Below, piece by piece: positions 13,901 through 26,255 of a DNA stretch of 64,000 nucleotides (its first letter is position 1; each line of letters opens with the position of its first letter). A program made the translations under genes and the position numbers. The notes beneath the pieces were generated by a model that was not told the origin of the DNA, did not search any database, and saw only the letters and a program-made list of their open reading frames with translations. The stretch is from Bugula neritina (taxonomy: Eukaryota > Animalia > Bryozoa). The stretch covers positions 9,727,150-9,791,149 of the forward strand of contig OZ037772.1 in NCBI GenBank assembly GCA_964035545.1, read 5' to 3'.

Positions 13901-15740
13901 ACGGGAAAATATTATTTACTTGTAAGTTATTACATACTAGAATAAAGCAACTGTGAGAGATCCCAAAATAAGAACCACTCCGCCTCCTGTCATTCCACCC
14001 ACAAACTTCTTCTGTTGCTTGAATCCTATAACAAAGTATAGCCTTAAGTTTTTAGAATTGTTAGCATAAATTGGAGTGAGGGATTTTGAAACCCTACATC
14101 ATGCAAGAAAATCATCAGACAAATTATGGTCTATGTAACAGCTTTTTAATAATTTAATTTCCAAATGATAATTTATGATGAACAGTAATGGAGAACATTG
14201 TTACAGATTTTATGTCTTTTGGCTATATTTAGATTTATAGTTACTATGCTCTTATTTTTAATAGAGATTTATAAGTTTCAATTCTTATGTCCTAATATAA
14301 TATTGTATTTGTTTTTGACTATAACTGGAATTAGTCACTATCCAATATACGGACAGCAGCTTCTCAAAGATTCTATAAGCAACATAAAGAAGAGAAAGTT
14401 TAAATTTATATAAACTTCACTTCCTAATCATATATCGTAGTAAAAAGCAACCACCCTTGTAACATAACATTGAATTTATATTGTGAATGGCATAAATGAA
14501 ATTTAAAACTATCTTGTTACATAAAGGTGGTAGACCAGGGTTGTCCAACCTTTGCTGATCGAGGGGCACTGAAATGAAATATACTCCATGTTGGGGGGGG
14601 GTCACATTATAAACTTTAGGTTGAGCTGGGAGCCCCAGCATCAGTATCTTTCAAAGGACTTTTTTCACAATGCTCATAATTTATTACAGTATGAAGTCCC
14701 ATAGTAGTTACTGTAGCCTGCATGCTTTTTGCATGTATATATTATGTAGATATGACATTAAAAAGTTTTTTCTGACTCTAATTTATACATGTCAACAAAA
14801 TAAGCTTATTTCTTATGCTGTTGAAAGCCACATATATAATTTAGGCTAAAATTCACATCCATACGCTTTGCAGAAGGCCGAAGTTATTATCTTTGCTTGA
14901 CAGCATTTTTTCATTTAATTTTAAACACAAAATTACTGTAAAGTAGTTTGCTGATCTTACTGTCACTGATAGTGAAAGGGTTGCTGGGTTTACTCAGTTC
15001 ATTATCGGATACTGAGTAGACGTTGGCAATAAAGTCCCCCTCGACTGGTGGAATGGTGTAGGTAAGTTTAGTCTTCTTCTGGTTGTAGTGTATGAAGTAA
15101 GTATACGGGCATGTGCTGAAGTTGTCAGGCTTACACAACGTTAACAAGAACCTGTCCAATTTCTAAAAAATTGTTTGGTTTTTATTTAGAAATCTGTTAT
15201 AATCTATGAAAATGCACTTAGAGGCTTTCATGATTTTATAAAATACCATCAATTAGTTGTTCTACCGTATGCTTCAAAGTAACTTAAGTTAGCCATGTTG
15301 TTTCACCCTTTATTCTGTGTTAATTATAATGTGATTCCTAAAGCTAAATGCTTCACATCATATATATGAAATTAAATCAGGTAGGATAAGATTATACTAA
15401 TTATGCTAATTATATTAGGCATTGAATTAAATAGAATAAGCGATGCCAGTGATACTAAATAATGGTTATGCTAAAACTAAAGAAACAATGACATGAGACT
15501 CACTCCAGCACGTCTGATTTGCCAAATAAACGTGGTTTTGCCTGTGAGTAGGAGTTGTACCTCCAGATTTGTCGGTGGTATGGGTCCTGAAAAATCAAAG
15601 TAGATATATATAGTTAGATGTTGAATAATATATATATAAGCAATCATAGTGGTTAATTTATCTGACGAGTGCACATCGTTCTTGTGTACGAAACTACTAG
15701 TAATAAATGCCATTATATTAATCAAATCTCATTTTATTTC

Positions 15741-15797
<57 letters not shown>

Positions 15798-18700
15798 AAT
15801 ATGCTCATACATGCATGTACATATAATCCATACAGATACGTACGCGTAGTGTATTCTCTGGTTATGACAGGAAGAAAGGTGCGTTTCGAGTTTAAACTAG
15901 CCCAGACTGTATAGTTATTGGCAATTCCGTAGTTTAAACCGGTCCATGTAAAAGGCTTAATGCTCCCTTCTTTGACCTATATATAGATACACACTGCATT
16001 TTATTGTTGGATTTTTGAAATCTTCACTCACTCACACACGCACGCACACATGCACGCACATACGCACATGCACAAGCACACGTGCACACACAAGCACACA
16101 CAAGCGCACACATACACACACGTGCACACATACAAGCACGAACACACGCACACAAGCACGCACAAACACACACATAATGACATTTTTGCTTCACCCAACT
16201 AGTTTCAAGAAGGAAAGCCAGGAAAATTGCTAAAGGAATAGCTGAATTTTTAGGAAATTATATAAATGTGATGCTCTTACAATTTTGACAACTCTCTCTG
16301 GGTTATTCGAACAGATGGCTTGTAAATAGTCAAATTTGTTGTACCTCTCATTGTAGAACTCAAAGCTCATTATCACACTGTTTCCATCAGATTCGAAAAT
16401 TAAATTTTTTGGTGGCTGAGGAGCTAAAACAGTTTGATTTAAATTGTTGCTTATAGATAAAGCATTTTGAAAGCAAAAAGTTGATAAATTTCACTGCACC
16501 TAAAAGTCTTAAATCATCCTAATTTTAACAGCTTGAATGAGTCCTTTACAAAAATACTAATTAAAAAAAATAAAATGATGCATGAGTCATAAAATAATTT
16601 GAATCTCTTTCAAAAATTTAAGTTTATTTTTGCTAAATTATAATTGTAAGTTTTGTTTGTTTGTTTGTTTGTTTTGTTTGTTTGTTTGGTTTATTTCATC
16701 AAAGGTATTTAATAACACAAGGACATTAGAAAATGCCAAGGAGGCGATGATGAGGCCCATTGCGCTATAGCCTAGCTAGTCATGCGCGGGCCAACACGAG
16801 CTGACAGCGACTCTATCCAGAAAAATACAAAAAAAATACAACTATTCTAACAGATAAAGCCTCAACTTCCTCCCAAATTCATTAGGGTTGCTGATTGACC
16901 GTAAAGGGATTGGCAGTTCATTCCATAGTGCCACCTCCTGATAACAGTTTCTCCTGTGACCTGCTGCTGTTTGAGAGTGAGGAAGGGGGAGATTTATGAA
17001 TGATTGACGTGTATTGATAGAGTGAGTGGGAAAAAAATTGTCAGAGTAGAAAAAAGAATGAGCTTTCTTTAACACTTTAAAACGGTAAATCTGGTATATT
17101 GAGAGAACTTTATGCTTAGTAAATAGAGGCGCTGATGGATGGTCAAACGGTTTTTTGTTCATGATACGCATTACCTTTTTTTGAAAAATAAAAATCTTGT
17201 TTAGATGGGTATTAGCTGCATTTCCCCAGGCCTCTGCACAATAATTTAACTTGGAATTGATGAAAGAATTATATATCAAAAGTAAAATTTTTTGAGGGAG
17301 ATATTCAGAACATCGGTATATTAATCCACTAAGTGGTCGTAATTTTGTAAGTAGGTTTGAGATGTGCAAGCTCCAATTTAAATTTTTATCTATTTGTACA
17401 CCTAGAAAAGTTATGCTGTTAGAGTAATTTATAGGTCTTTTATTTAATAATATACAGTTTTCTAGAATTTGAAAAGGATTTTGGTAGTTTTTTAAAACAA
17501 TATAGTTGCATTTTTCATAGTTTATAGTGAGTTTGTTTTTATTGCACCAAATTGACAGAGAGTTTAGATCTTGATTTATAGCTTCCAAATGGGAGTTCAA
17601 ATCTTTTGATTCAAAAAATAAATTAGTGTCGTCGGCATGCTTCATTGTTAAAGTTATTTACTGGTTTATATTTTGCCAATTTGTTGTTTCCTTATCTGGA
17701 CAGTCTGAAACTTTTAAGCAAAATACAAATATTTGTGTTACCTAAATTTGAATTTAACATTCGCAGTTAGCCAGTTACACAAAAATATATGAAATATAAA
17801 TAGAAATTGCTGATCACACATAGTCCGAAGTGCATTAATCATAATTTTATTCCAGTATGATGACATAATCTTTCGCTAAAATGTTTGAGCTTGTATTTTC
17901 ATGCATTGTATTTGATTTCGATATGTAGAACAGAGTTAACTTTTTTTAGTACAATAAATGTTCTAATAACTGAATTTATGAAAATATAATATTACTTTTA
18001 ATTAAACTTAATTTAATTTTTTGTCTATCAGGTAAGTGATTAAAGGTTTAAAATTATTTCCAACATAATTCCTTGTTTTTAGCGTTTGAGTGACAGGCTA
18101 GAGTTCATTATAAGATAGCCAGAGAACCTAATCAAATTTACTGTGATTGTTTATACAACTGACAACTGATATAATCACCTGCAAAAATTTGTTTTTCCTG
18201 TGACTTTGCCTTCTTATAATAGGCATCTATAGAGGACACAACTCTTAGAAAGACTGTGTAATATTTTCCAAACTCCAGGCCAGTTACATTAAACTAAAAA
18301 AGCAAAATATATGTAGACTACAGGTGGCGCTCTAGCCCATTATAGACCACGGCTGCTCCCTTTGACTATGTTTGAAACACGAATTAAATAAATTCTGCAG
18401 AAAATATCAAATTACTTTGAGGTCTGAAATTTTTGCTCCTCTTAGTATTGTTAATTTTCCATTTACAGACATCTCTACATAAGAGAACGAGTCTGTTTCA
18501 GCTGTCTTTTCAGCAATTGCTGTTAACTTCATTGCATCGTTTACACCAACTTCGTAATGTAAGGATGAAAGAATCAGTGGAACTGGCTCTATAAAACAAT
18601 TATTTTTACATTATTTTATATTTATTTTGTTAATTACTTCAATAATATGTTTACTTCATATAGTTTGGACTTGAAAAGTAGAAATTTGCAGCTGTATAAT

Positions 18701-21700
18701 ACAGTTTGGTAGCATTTAATTGATTTTTGTTAAATACCTACACTATAATGTGAAAATCAAATATTCAAACTAGTTTCCTATACTATAATATTTGGTCAAT
18801 TGCAGCTTATCAAAATCTTTAAACATACTTTGGTCAAATAAAATAACCTTTTCAGCATTTAATGAATAATCTAACACCATCATAAAATGCACTGATAAAA
18901 CATCATGTCTTAAATAATATATATAGCTAAAACTAATGACATTTCCTGCAAAAATAACTGTGAAGAGAATGTTTGTTTTTTTCAAAAGTTATTTGGAAAA
19001 AGTCAAAACAACTTTTTCAGGTTTATACATGTGATTTTGAATTCTACAAACCAAATTTAGACAATTAATTTTTGCTCAAGCGGAACAAATTTTAACTTAA
19101 TTTACCAAGCATTTTGTTAGTTATGTGCAAACGCTGCTATAAGTTAAATTTTGTAAATGATGTTCATCAGTGCATGAAGATGAAATAAACTTAATTTAAT
19201 AAGTAGAAATGCATGCTCACGTATCACTAAATAGTCTTCCAAGTTGTAGCTTTTGCCGTGGGTTTTGGAAAAGAGAGTGCAAGTTATTATCTCCCCATTC
19301 TCAAATTTCGCCTCACTTCTGTCGACTAGAAATTTCTCCTCACGTTGCAAACCTGGAAGTGCACAAATGACTATTAGATGAAATTTAATTACCTACAAAA
19401 TTTTCGATAAATTTAATTGAATATAATATTTTTTTCTTGAGCTATGCAGTTCTGATGCGCCATTAATCATTATGCTGTTTTAAACTAGCTGTAAAACTGC
19501 AAAGAATAGCAAAAAGCAGCAGACAATTTAGATAAAATTTCATTTATGTTTGAAAAATAATTTTGCTTCCACTGGGATTCAAACCCAAGACCTCAGGCTT
19601 GCAAGCAAGTGTGCTAACTACTACGCCACGGAGACCACTGGATAAACTCATTGCTACAAGGTTTTAGTTGCTTCTAAGTCTAGTGCGTAAATTATTATGT
19701 AAACAAAAACTTAACCTGGAAGTGGAATAACTTTCATTTCAGCGAGTGCGATTTTGCCAGCTCCAGTTTTGCAAATTCGAATAAGGTTAAGCTTCCTTAT
19801 GTTGTTTGGCCATACTGAGTACATCTTCTCCAGTTCCTGCACAAAATTCTCTTGATTAGCGATTTCAGACGCACTTCCGCAAGATGGCGTGCCGGAGCTA
19901 ACCCCGTAGATCTTTACGTCTTCCATCCAGTCAGCTAAAAACAATTATTAATATGAATTCACTGGCATACTTAAGAGCCAAAGTTAACTTGTGTCAAATT
20001 TCTAAAAATAAATCTTTGTGAATATTTACTAAACGCTTCACTGCTCACTCTACTGTGTTTTTGTTTCAATCATTTTTTATATTAAATAATTACTGTATAT
20101 ATCTGTTTTATAATTGGTTTTTTTTGTTAAAAATTGTTCATTAGTTCCATTCTTAGTTATATCTGCATATAATATGTCAATCAACAAAACTAGTTAAAAT
20201 TATTTGTTGTTTCTACAAGTTACACATTTTGCGACATAAATTTCAAAGTGCAAAGGTCAAAAATATACCACATATTTACCAATTGAGTAGTCTCACGGAA
20301 AATAAATATATAAAACAAACAAACATCACTATTTAACAGATTACGTACTACAGCTAATTGAGGAACCGCACTTCTTGTCAAGAAAGTACAGGTAGAGGTG
20401 AGAGATCCATCTGGTGGTTCTCAGGTTTACCTGCCACCATTTCACTCCCTGGTGACTGATTTCAAAGCCATCGGCGGGGTAGCTAGACCCTATCAAACCG
20501 TTTACTGCTTGACTGGTGGGCGTGGCCGGGACTAAAACATCGCATGGCATAATATAGTTTCCCAATGCGATTTCTAATACATCATATTTTTAAAGGGGAA
20601 ATTACTTCTTAGACGGTTAGGATGGAATATCTTTTTATCTGATTGATTGCATGGGAGTTATGTAACTCGCAAGTGCCTGCCTTCTCAAAATTACCATAGT
20701 GCAATTCGAAACTTATTCAAATAATTGAACTTAATATTTTTATTCAAATAAAAATAATACTTATTATTTACTTTAAGAAAATAATTTTCTATTCAATGCC
20801 AATGAAAAAGTATTTTAATAAACCTGTTTTGATAATTAATAGCGTCTGTTGAGGGAGTAATGTTTCAGTATTCAATGTCAACAGTTGTATCGTCAAACTT
20901 ACTATTGAGAGTGCCCGTTCCTGCACTGCTTCCTGTGTTAATAACTGCTAGAGCCAAGTTCTCTTCATCTGTGGTAATAAGAGTTAATTATGTAATTTTT
21001 AACATGAAAGTTGGCAACAAGATATAGAAATGATGTCAAATTGGTTCTCTATCACTTTGTTTCCATTCTTTCGCATTATGAAGTTGTGGTTTCATTCAAT
21101 GTGACTGTTTCCAAATATGGAATGAGAAATCTATTTACATAACGTGCTTGGAAATGTATTGATTGATAATTAATACAAAACTGGGCAAATATAAAGGAAA
21201 AAGGAGGGGATAAAGATAGATGATTCGGTCATAGTTACCCAAAGAATCCCCGAAAAACTTAAATTATACAGTAGTAAACTATTTATGTATATTTTCGCTA
21301 TCATCTGCATAATATTTGAGAATTGCATATTCAACTATTTTTGATTTATAAAATATTTTCTGCTAATGTTAATAAGAGTTTTTAATCAACTCTAAAAGAT
21401 ACTACAGAATTAATTCACAAATTACAGTAGAGTTTCATAAAGATTTGTTTTGAGCTGCACAATCACAGAGTTTAGGTAGGTTGCTAGGCTGATCCCTAAA
21501 GATTTAAACTCCAGCCCACACAACTATTATAAAGCTGTTGAAAAGTTGTTATAAATAATAACTAAGATAAATATATATTATTGCATATTATTATATGTCA
21601 ATTCTGCATGGATAAAATGTGTCAACAACCCTCATGGTGCAGAGTTGGACTTAGACCTAGAACCAACTATATTTTATTATGAAATGCTATGTTTCCTAAA

Positions 21701-24700
21701 TGTGCAAATAATTTGTCATATGTAAGAATTAACTAAGAAATGATGCACACACAATTTATTGAAGTACGTACATTCGTTGAACACCATAATTTCCAGGATC
21801 CTGATTATGTAACGAGCAGGACTCCGGAGTGCCAAGTATTGCGCAAGAAAGCCGTTGGTTTCCATTACGAGTAGATACAATGAGTTGGTGGGGATAGCTT
21901 TCACCCCTCTATCAGTCCACTGTTCTGAACTTACATCTGGGTCAGCTCTGGGCTGTTTAACAGCAGACAGCAGTCTATATGATGTCAAATCTGAAACAGC
22001 AATTATAGTCTATTTATGAAACTTGGCTGTTAAGTTTTTTTTGTCAAAAGTCCGAGAGAGCTAATCAAACTGATGTTGGAGACACTTACTGGTCCAAGTA
22101 TAGTCAAAATAAACTTCCATTTCTCCAATTTTGGTCACCGTTTGTAGGTCAAGTAGCAGCCACGAGCCCTTGCTGCCTGGCCTTAATTCAACGTACGTTA
22201 AGTGTGACGTGTCTAACAGTTTTGAAAGGTCTCCTGTAGTCTCGGCATTTGCTGTAATCTTTGCACTGGATGCAATATTTTGGGCTGAAAGTATGAAATT
22301 TGTAATGTTATTCGTTATTATTATATCATTTATACTTGAGTCGCTAAAATCAAAAGTTATTGAACAGACCGGAAGCACGAGGACGTTGGAACATGTCTGA
22401 AAGTTAATTGTTAATGAGTTTGGTATTTCTCTTTGTATCACTAAACATCCTTTTACTTAAATGTCCCACTTGGCTGGCCAGCCATTATAACTCCCTAGTT
22501 TAGGTCCGACATTTATTATAGAGCTACCGGAAACAGAATGACAGGTAATACTGAACACTAATAATACTGACATTGTATACTAATATTACAAAATTCATCA
22601 TTGACATAAATAAAAACATCCGCAAACTTGCACGGAGATTTGCAAACCATATACGTCAAATTTTTGAGAGGTTACATTAGTATATATAATAGCTTTTATT
22701 TGATTAATGCAAGAGGTAATTGAGTCATATATGTGTCAAAGTTTACTGAAGCTTTTTGCACAAAACTAGGGATTAGAAGAAGTTATTCACTCCGTAGGTC
22801 AACGAGCCACGTATTTCCAAAATTTAATAAATATTTTTTAATAAATTTCAATGCTAGTCTAAACATTAGCCATCATTCATGAAAACCTACTATTCTTATA
22901 AGTGAATCTTTTTGTAGTAGAATATTTCTCAATAGTTTGGAGTTTAACATCTCTGCACGTAATATCAAAGCCTTCGGTGAACAAGGCCCGGGAATGTAGG
23001 TTGTAGGTAAACAAAATTCTATCAGAGTATTCCCCTGTACCTGCATTTTCTCGTACATTCACAGCAGTGAATGTAGGATTTCTTGCTAGTTCTGAAGAAA
23101 GTAATAATTATAGCTGTACAAAAATCATTCTGCAGTGCTAAGTTCGACCCTGTGATCTAATGGCAAGCACCCTGCAAGAAATCTGGAGGCCCCAGGTTCA
23201 AATCCCAGTACGAAAGAAAGTTTGATAAGTTATATTTGAAACATAATTTTGCCCCCACTGGGAATCGAACCGGAGTCTTCTGGCTTGCAAGCAAGTGTGC
23301 TACCATTACACCACAGAGGCCACTGGGTAAACTCAACACTACATCCCACCCAGTTCTCTGAACTCTACTGGCCTCTCTACTACTCCTTCAGTCATCAGGC
23401 TCCCCTGGCCTCTCAACTCCCTTGGAGTACTACTAGACTTCATTAGAGGCTGAAACAGCTTGAAAAGAAATTGCTCTCACCAGGAATTGAACCCGAGACC
23501 TCCGGCTTGCAAGCAAGTGTGCTAGCCATTACACTACAGGGATCTCTGGGTGACCTCATATTTACAATATTATTTCTTTCAGCCTTTAGTGATGCCTAGC
23601 AATAATACTCTGAGAGAGTTAGGAGGCCAGTTGAGCCTGAAAACTAAAGGAGTAGTACAGAAGCTAGTTGAGTTCAGAAAATTAGGTGAGATGCAGTGTT
23701 CAGTTTACCTAGTGCTTATTGCACCGAAGGTCTTAAGGGTTTGAATACCAGACAAGGGCTAAACTTTAATATTTTTAATTTAAACAATGCTTTTTATATA
23801 CTTAGAATGTCTAAATAACATGTGTTTAATATAGCCATCTTGAGGGAGCAGCCGTGGTCTAGGGGTTAGAGCGTTTGCCTAGTAAACACGAGGTCATGGG
23901 TTCGAGCCTGACAAAGGCCATTGGTGATGTTAGGAAGAGCATCCAGTCATAATTGCTCCTGTGTCTCATTAAAATTATTCCTTAGCCCGCCTTAACAAAA
24001 AACCCTTCCTATCAGGGGTTTTTCACAGGGATAGTGACTATATACTTGCGTGAGGTAATATAGCCATCTTGGTAAAGACTTACCAAACACTTGACTCTTG
24101 GTTTTAGTAGATATAACAATGCCATTGCTAGTCAGTTCAACCTTGAAGTTCACAACATCGCCATAGACAAGGAAAGGAAAGTTGGCAATGACCTGCACAA
24201 TGATCACCAAAATAACAAATTTGTTTATGACATCATAAAGATTTAAAAACATCACACTGAGTTTAGCAGAGAGCAGCCAGGGTCTATGGGTTAAAGCGTT
24301 TGCTTATAGTAAGCACAAAGTCATAGGTTAGAGGCTGAAAAAAGCAGCTGGTGATGTTAAGAAAGGCATCTAGTCATAAATTCTCTTGTGTCCTATGTGA
24401 ATAAGTCCTTATAAGCTCGATTTACCAAAAACCCCTTTCATCAAGGGTTTCTCCCAGGAATGGTGATCATAATCTTTGATGTAACCTGTAATCTCAGTTT
24501 AAAGTTTACACTTTAAACTGACTATTTATATATTTAGTTGCTTAACTTTAAAAAGCAATTTATGTCAACAAACAACGTATTTAAACTGAAAGCCTGCAAT
24601 GTTTATACTGTAAAGTTCATGTTATATTTTATGTATAACTTTAAAACTTCTGCTACCCGAACAGAACAAAGGGGAGGTAAGTGAGATGAGGATGTGTAAC

Positions 24701-26255
24701 ATAAAACAGCTGTGAACCTGATTGATTAATTCTTTATCATTAGTTGATCGAACATTAAACTACAATATTAGACTGAATTTTATGAAATTAATTGAAGTTA
24801 AAGTTTCATTTGCAATATTACATTTAAGTATGGCAGATTTTCTCACCGATCTTTGATTATCGTTTACAGAAATCTTATGTTTTCTGCAGACTGGGCGTTC
24901 TTCTTCACATGCTGAAAAAATGACAGCCAATCCCGTCCAAGTCTCTCCTGCTCTTGCAGTTAATTTTGCCGTCACAAATGTCTCCTCATTGCGCCGCGTA
25001 AATATCGGTTCACCATCAAGAACCACTCCATTAATCTCAGAACTGAAACTAAGACAATTGTGTAGATTAAATCCATAGTTTAGGGGGTAGAGCGTTTTCC
25101 TAGTAAACATGAGGTCATAGGTTCAAACTCAAAAAAAAGCCATTGGTGATGTTAGGAAGAGCACCCAGTCATAATTGCTCCTGTGCCTCATTCAAATAAG
25201 TCCTTAGCCAGCTTTAACAAAAAACCTTTTTATCAGGGGTTTCACACAGGGATAGCGACTATAAACTTCTATGAGTTTAGAGTGAAGGTTAGTAGAAACA
25301 TTGCATTTGCTGCAGGTTTTGTATTTCAATATAAAATTTGGCTCTCAAAACTGCCCTACTGCATTTAAAATTGTAGCATATCAAATCTTATAGTATAAAT
25401 GCCTAATAGTGGTTTGAAAAGCTGGGCATATTAATTTTAAAGGCATATTTCACATTTTTAATACTTTGCCTTATATATTTTGAGACAGTATGATATAATA
25501 ATGTTATAGTTGCTTTGTTTTAATATTTCTATCGTTCATGTCTGTGCAACAAATTACAAAATAAAATAAAATTGTTATATTTTGTTTATTTTTAAACTCA
25601 ATGAAAAAATATTTAAGCTAAAAATATATTACTATAAATTTAAAAATTAAAACTTTTGACTGATATTCAGTATACACCAGTAAATTAAAAAAAGTTAAAA
25701 TTGACTCATGTTTTTTGAAAGATTTACTAAAACTCTAGTATATTAGTACCTAAAATTTTATAAACTATGCAAAAGATAAAGACGTTTACTGTGTATATTA
25801 AGTAAAACAAATTTACCCATATGTAGTCAATATTATGTGCGGATAGAGAATTTGTAAATTAAAAGAAAGTAGCTAAACAGAGCTGAAAAAATGAAACTGC
25901 GAATGTATAACATAGGAATGTAATAGCTGGGATCTCCAAGACAGGAAACACAACTGTTGATAACTACCCAAAAAGCACCCAAGAACTGCTAATCAACATA
26001 AGAACTGAAGCTAAGCATTTTGCTGAGCCCAGCAAAGTAAAATTCAGTAAATCAACCCCTAAACTACACATGGAGGTGGCTTTACTAAAAAATTATATTC
26101 CAAATCACCAAACATTTACAATTTACACTTATCTTGCGTAATGAAATTTGACAAAAAATTAGAAATTCTTTCAAGAATAGACAAGCTAATACCTAAGTCA
26201 TATCAACTTACCAGCTAATCGCAATGACTGTAATTGCTGTTATCAAGTTTTGCAT
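10985..26255 (-). CDS. Gene A: type I single-pass membrane protein (signal peptide, FN3-like domains, two F5/8C/F-type-lectin-like domains, TM, ~385-aa basic Ser/Lys/Thr-rich tail), ~1221 aa
   Basis: 20 GT-AG exons: 26212-26255, 24847-25042, 24084-24192, 22891-23091, 22090-22284, 21772-21990, 20903-20968, 20349-20531, 19716-19934, 19221-19352, 18416-18588, 18179-18293, 16281-16423, 15844-15976, 15504-15586, 14961-15162, 13938-14025, 13168-13233, 12733-12786, 10985-12029. Total 3666 nt, open frame. Signal MQNLITAITVIAISCSEING. FN3 motifs PQPPKNL, PIPPTNL, VTGLEFGKYYTV. F5/8C-like motifs WLLLDLQ and WWQVNL...LAEMKV. TM FVGGMTGGGVVLILGSLTVALFYCFGI. Confidence 0.85.
12120..12320 (+). mobile_element. 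Same SINE family copy
   Basis: TAGTAAACACAAGGTCATGGGTTCAAAC...GCCATTGATGATGTTA...CAGTCATAA. Confidence 0.8.
16025..16175. repeat. Degenerate (CA)n microsatellite
   Basis: Direct inspection. Confidence 0.9.
16650..17645 (-). mobile_element. 5'-truncated non-LTR retrotransposon (CR1/L2-group-like LINE) in intron 12 of gene A
   Basis: ORF 16842-17645 carries the C-terminal RT region (ADDT, WCNKNKLTINYEKC, FLGVQIDKNLNWSLHI, SKLNYCAEAWG, LWNELP). It is followed by a short 3' UTR and a (CAAA)n tail at ~16650-16692. Confidence 0.9.
19550..19657 (-). repeat. Dispersed copy of the second tRNA-like family (another diverged copy at 39683-39783)
   Basis: CCACTGGGATTCAAACCC..GGCTTGCAAGCAAGTGTGCTA..CCACTGGATAAACTCA matches 23246-23342. 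Confidence 0.75.
23147..23763. repeat. Fold-back cluster of four tRNA-like units (second family) with long inverted arms
   Basis: tRNA-like units at 23147-23215 (+), 23246-23325 (-), 23473-23545 (-) and 23713-23763 (+, partial). 23321-23455 is an imperfect reverse complement of 23577-23713. Confidence 0.75.
23843..24055 (+). mobile_element. tRNA-Thr(AGT)-derived SINE, full-length copy with target-site duplication
   Basis: Head GGGAGCAGCCGTGGTCTAGGGGTTAGAGCGTTTGCCTAGTAAACACGAGGTCATGGGTTCGAGCC contains A box, B box and CTAGTAA anticodon loop. Core GGTGATGTTAGGAAGAGCATCCAGTCATAATTGCTCC. 16-bp TSD TAATATAGCCATCTTG at 23827-23842 and 24056-24071. Confidence 0.9.
24270..24475 (+). mobile_element. 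Same SINE family copy
   Basis: GAGCAGCCAGGGTCTATGGGTTAAAGCG head with diverged core and tail. Confidence 0.8.
25074..25277 (+). mobile_element. Same SINE family copy
   Basis: AGAGCGTTTTCCTAGTAAACATGAGGTCATAGGTTCAAA...GGTGATGTTAGGAAGAGCACCCAGTCATAATTGCTCC. Confidence 0.85.

Noticed and set aside
14535-14640. hAT-like terminus CAGGGTTGTCCAACC
   Set aside because: No matching opposite TIR or 8-bp TSD found.
22285-22441. N-terminal part of ORF 22061-22441 as coding
   Set aside because: Paralog B aligns only from the acceptor at 22284, and exon 4 splices to it in frame. A small optional exon near 22371-22397 cannot be excluded.
23246-23325. Functional tRNA gene
   Set aside because: The anticodon stem does not pair with a 7-nt loop and the copies differ widely, so it is treated as a tRNA-derived repeat. 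The SINE heads are rejected as tRNAs likewise.
25817-25872. Extra exon of gene A with a good donor
   Set aside because: Including it after exon 1 introduces stops. Exon 1 splices directly to exon 2 in frame, as in gene B.
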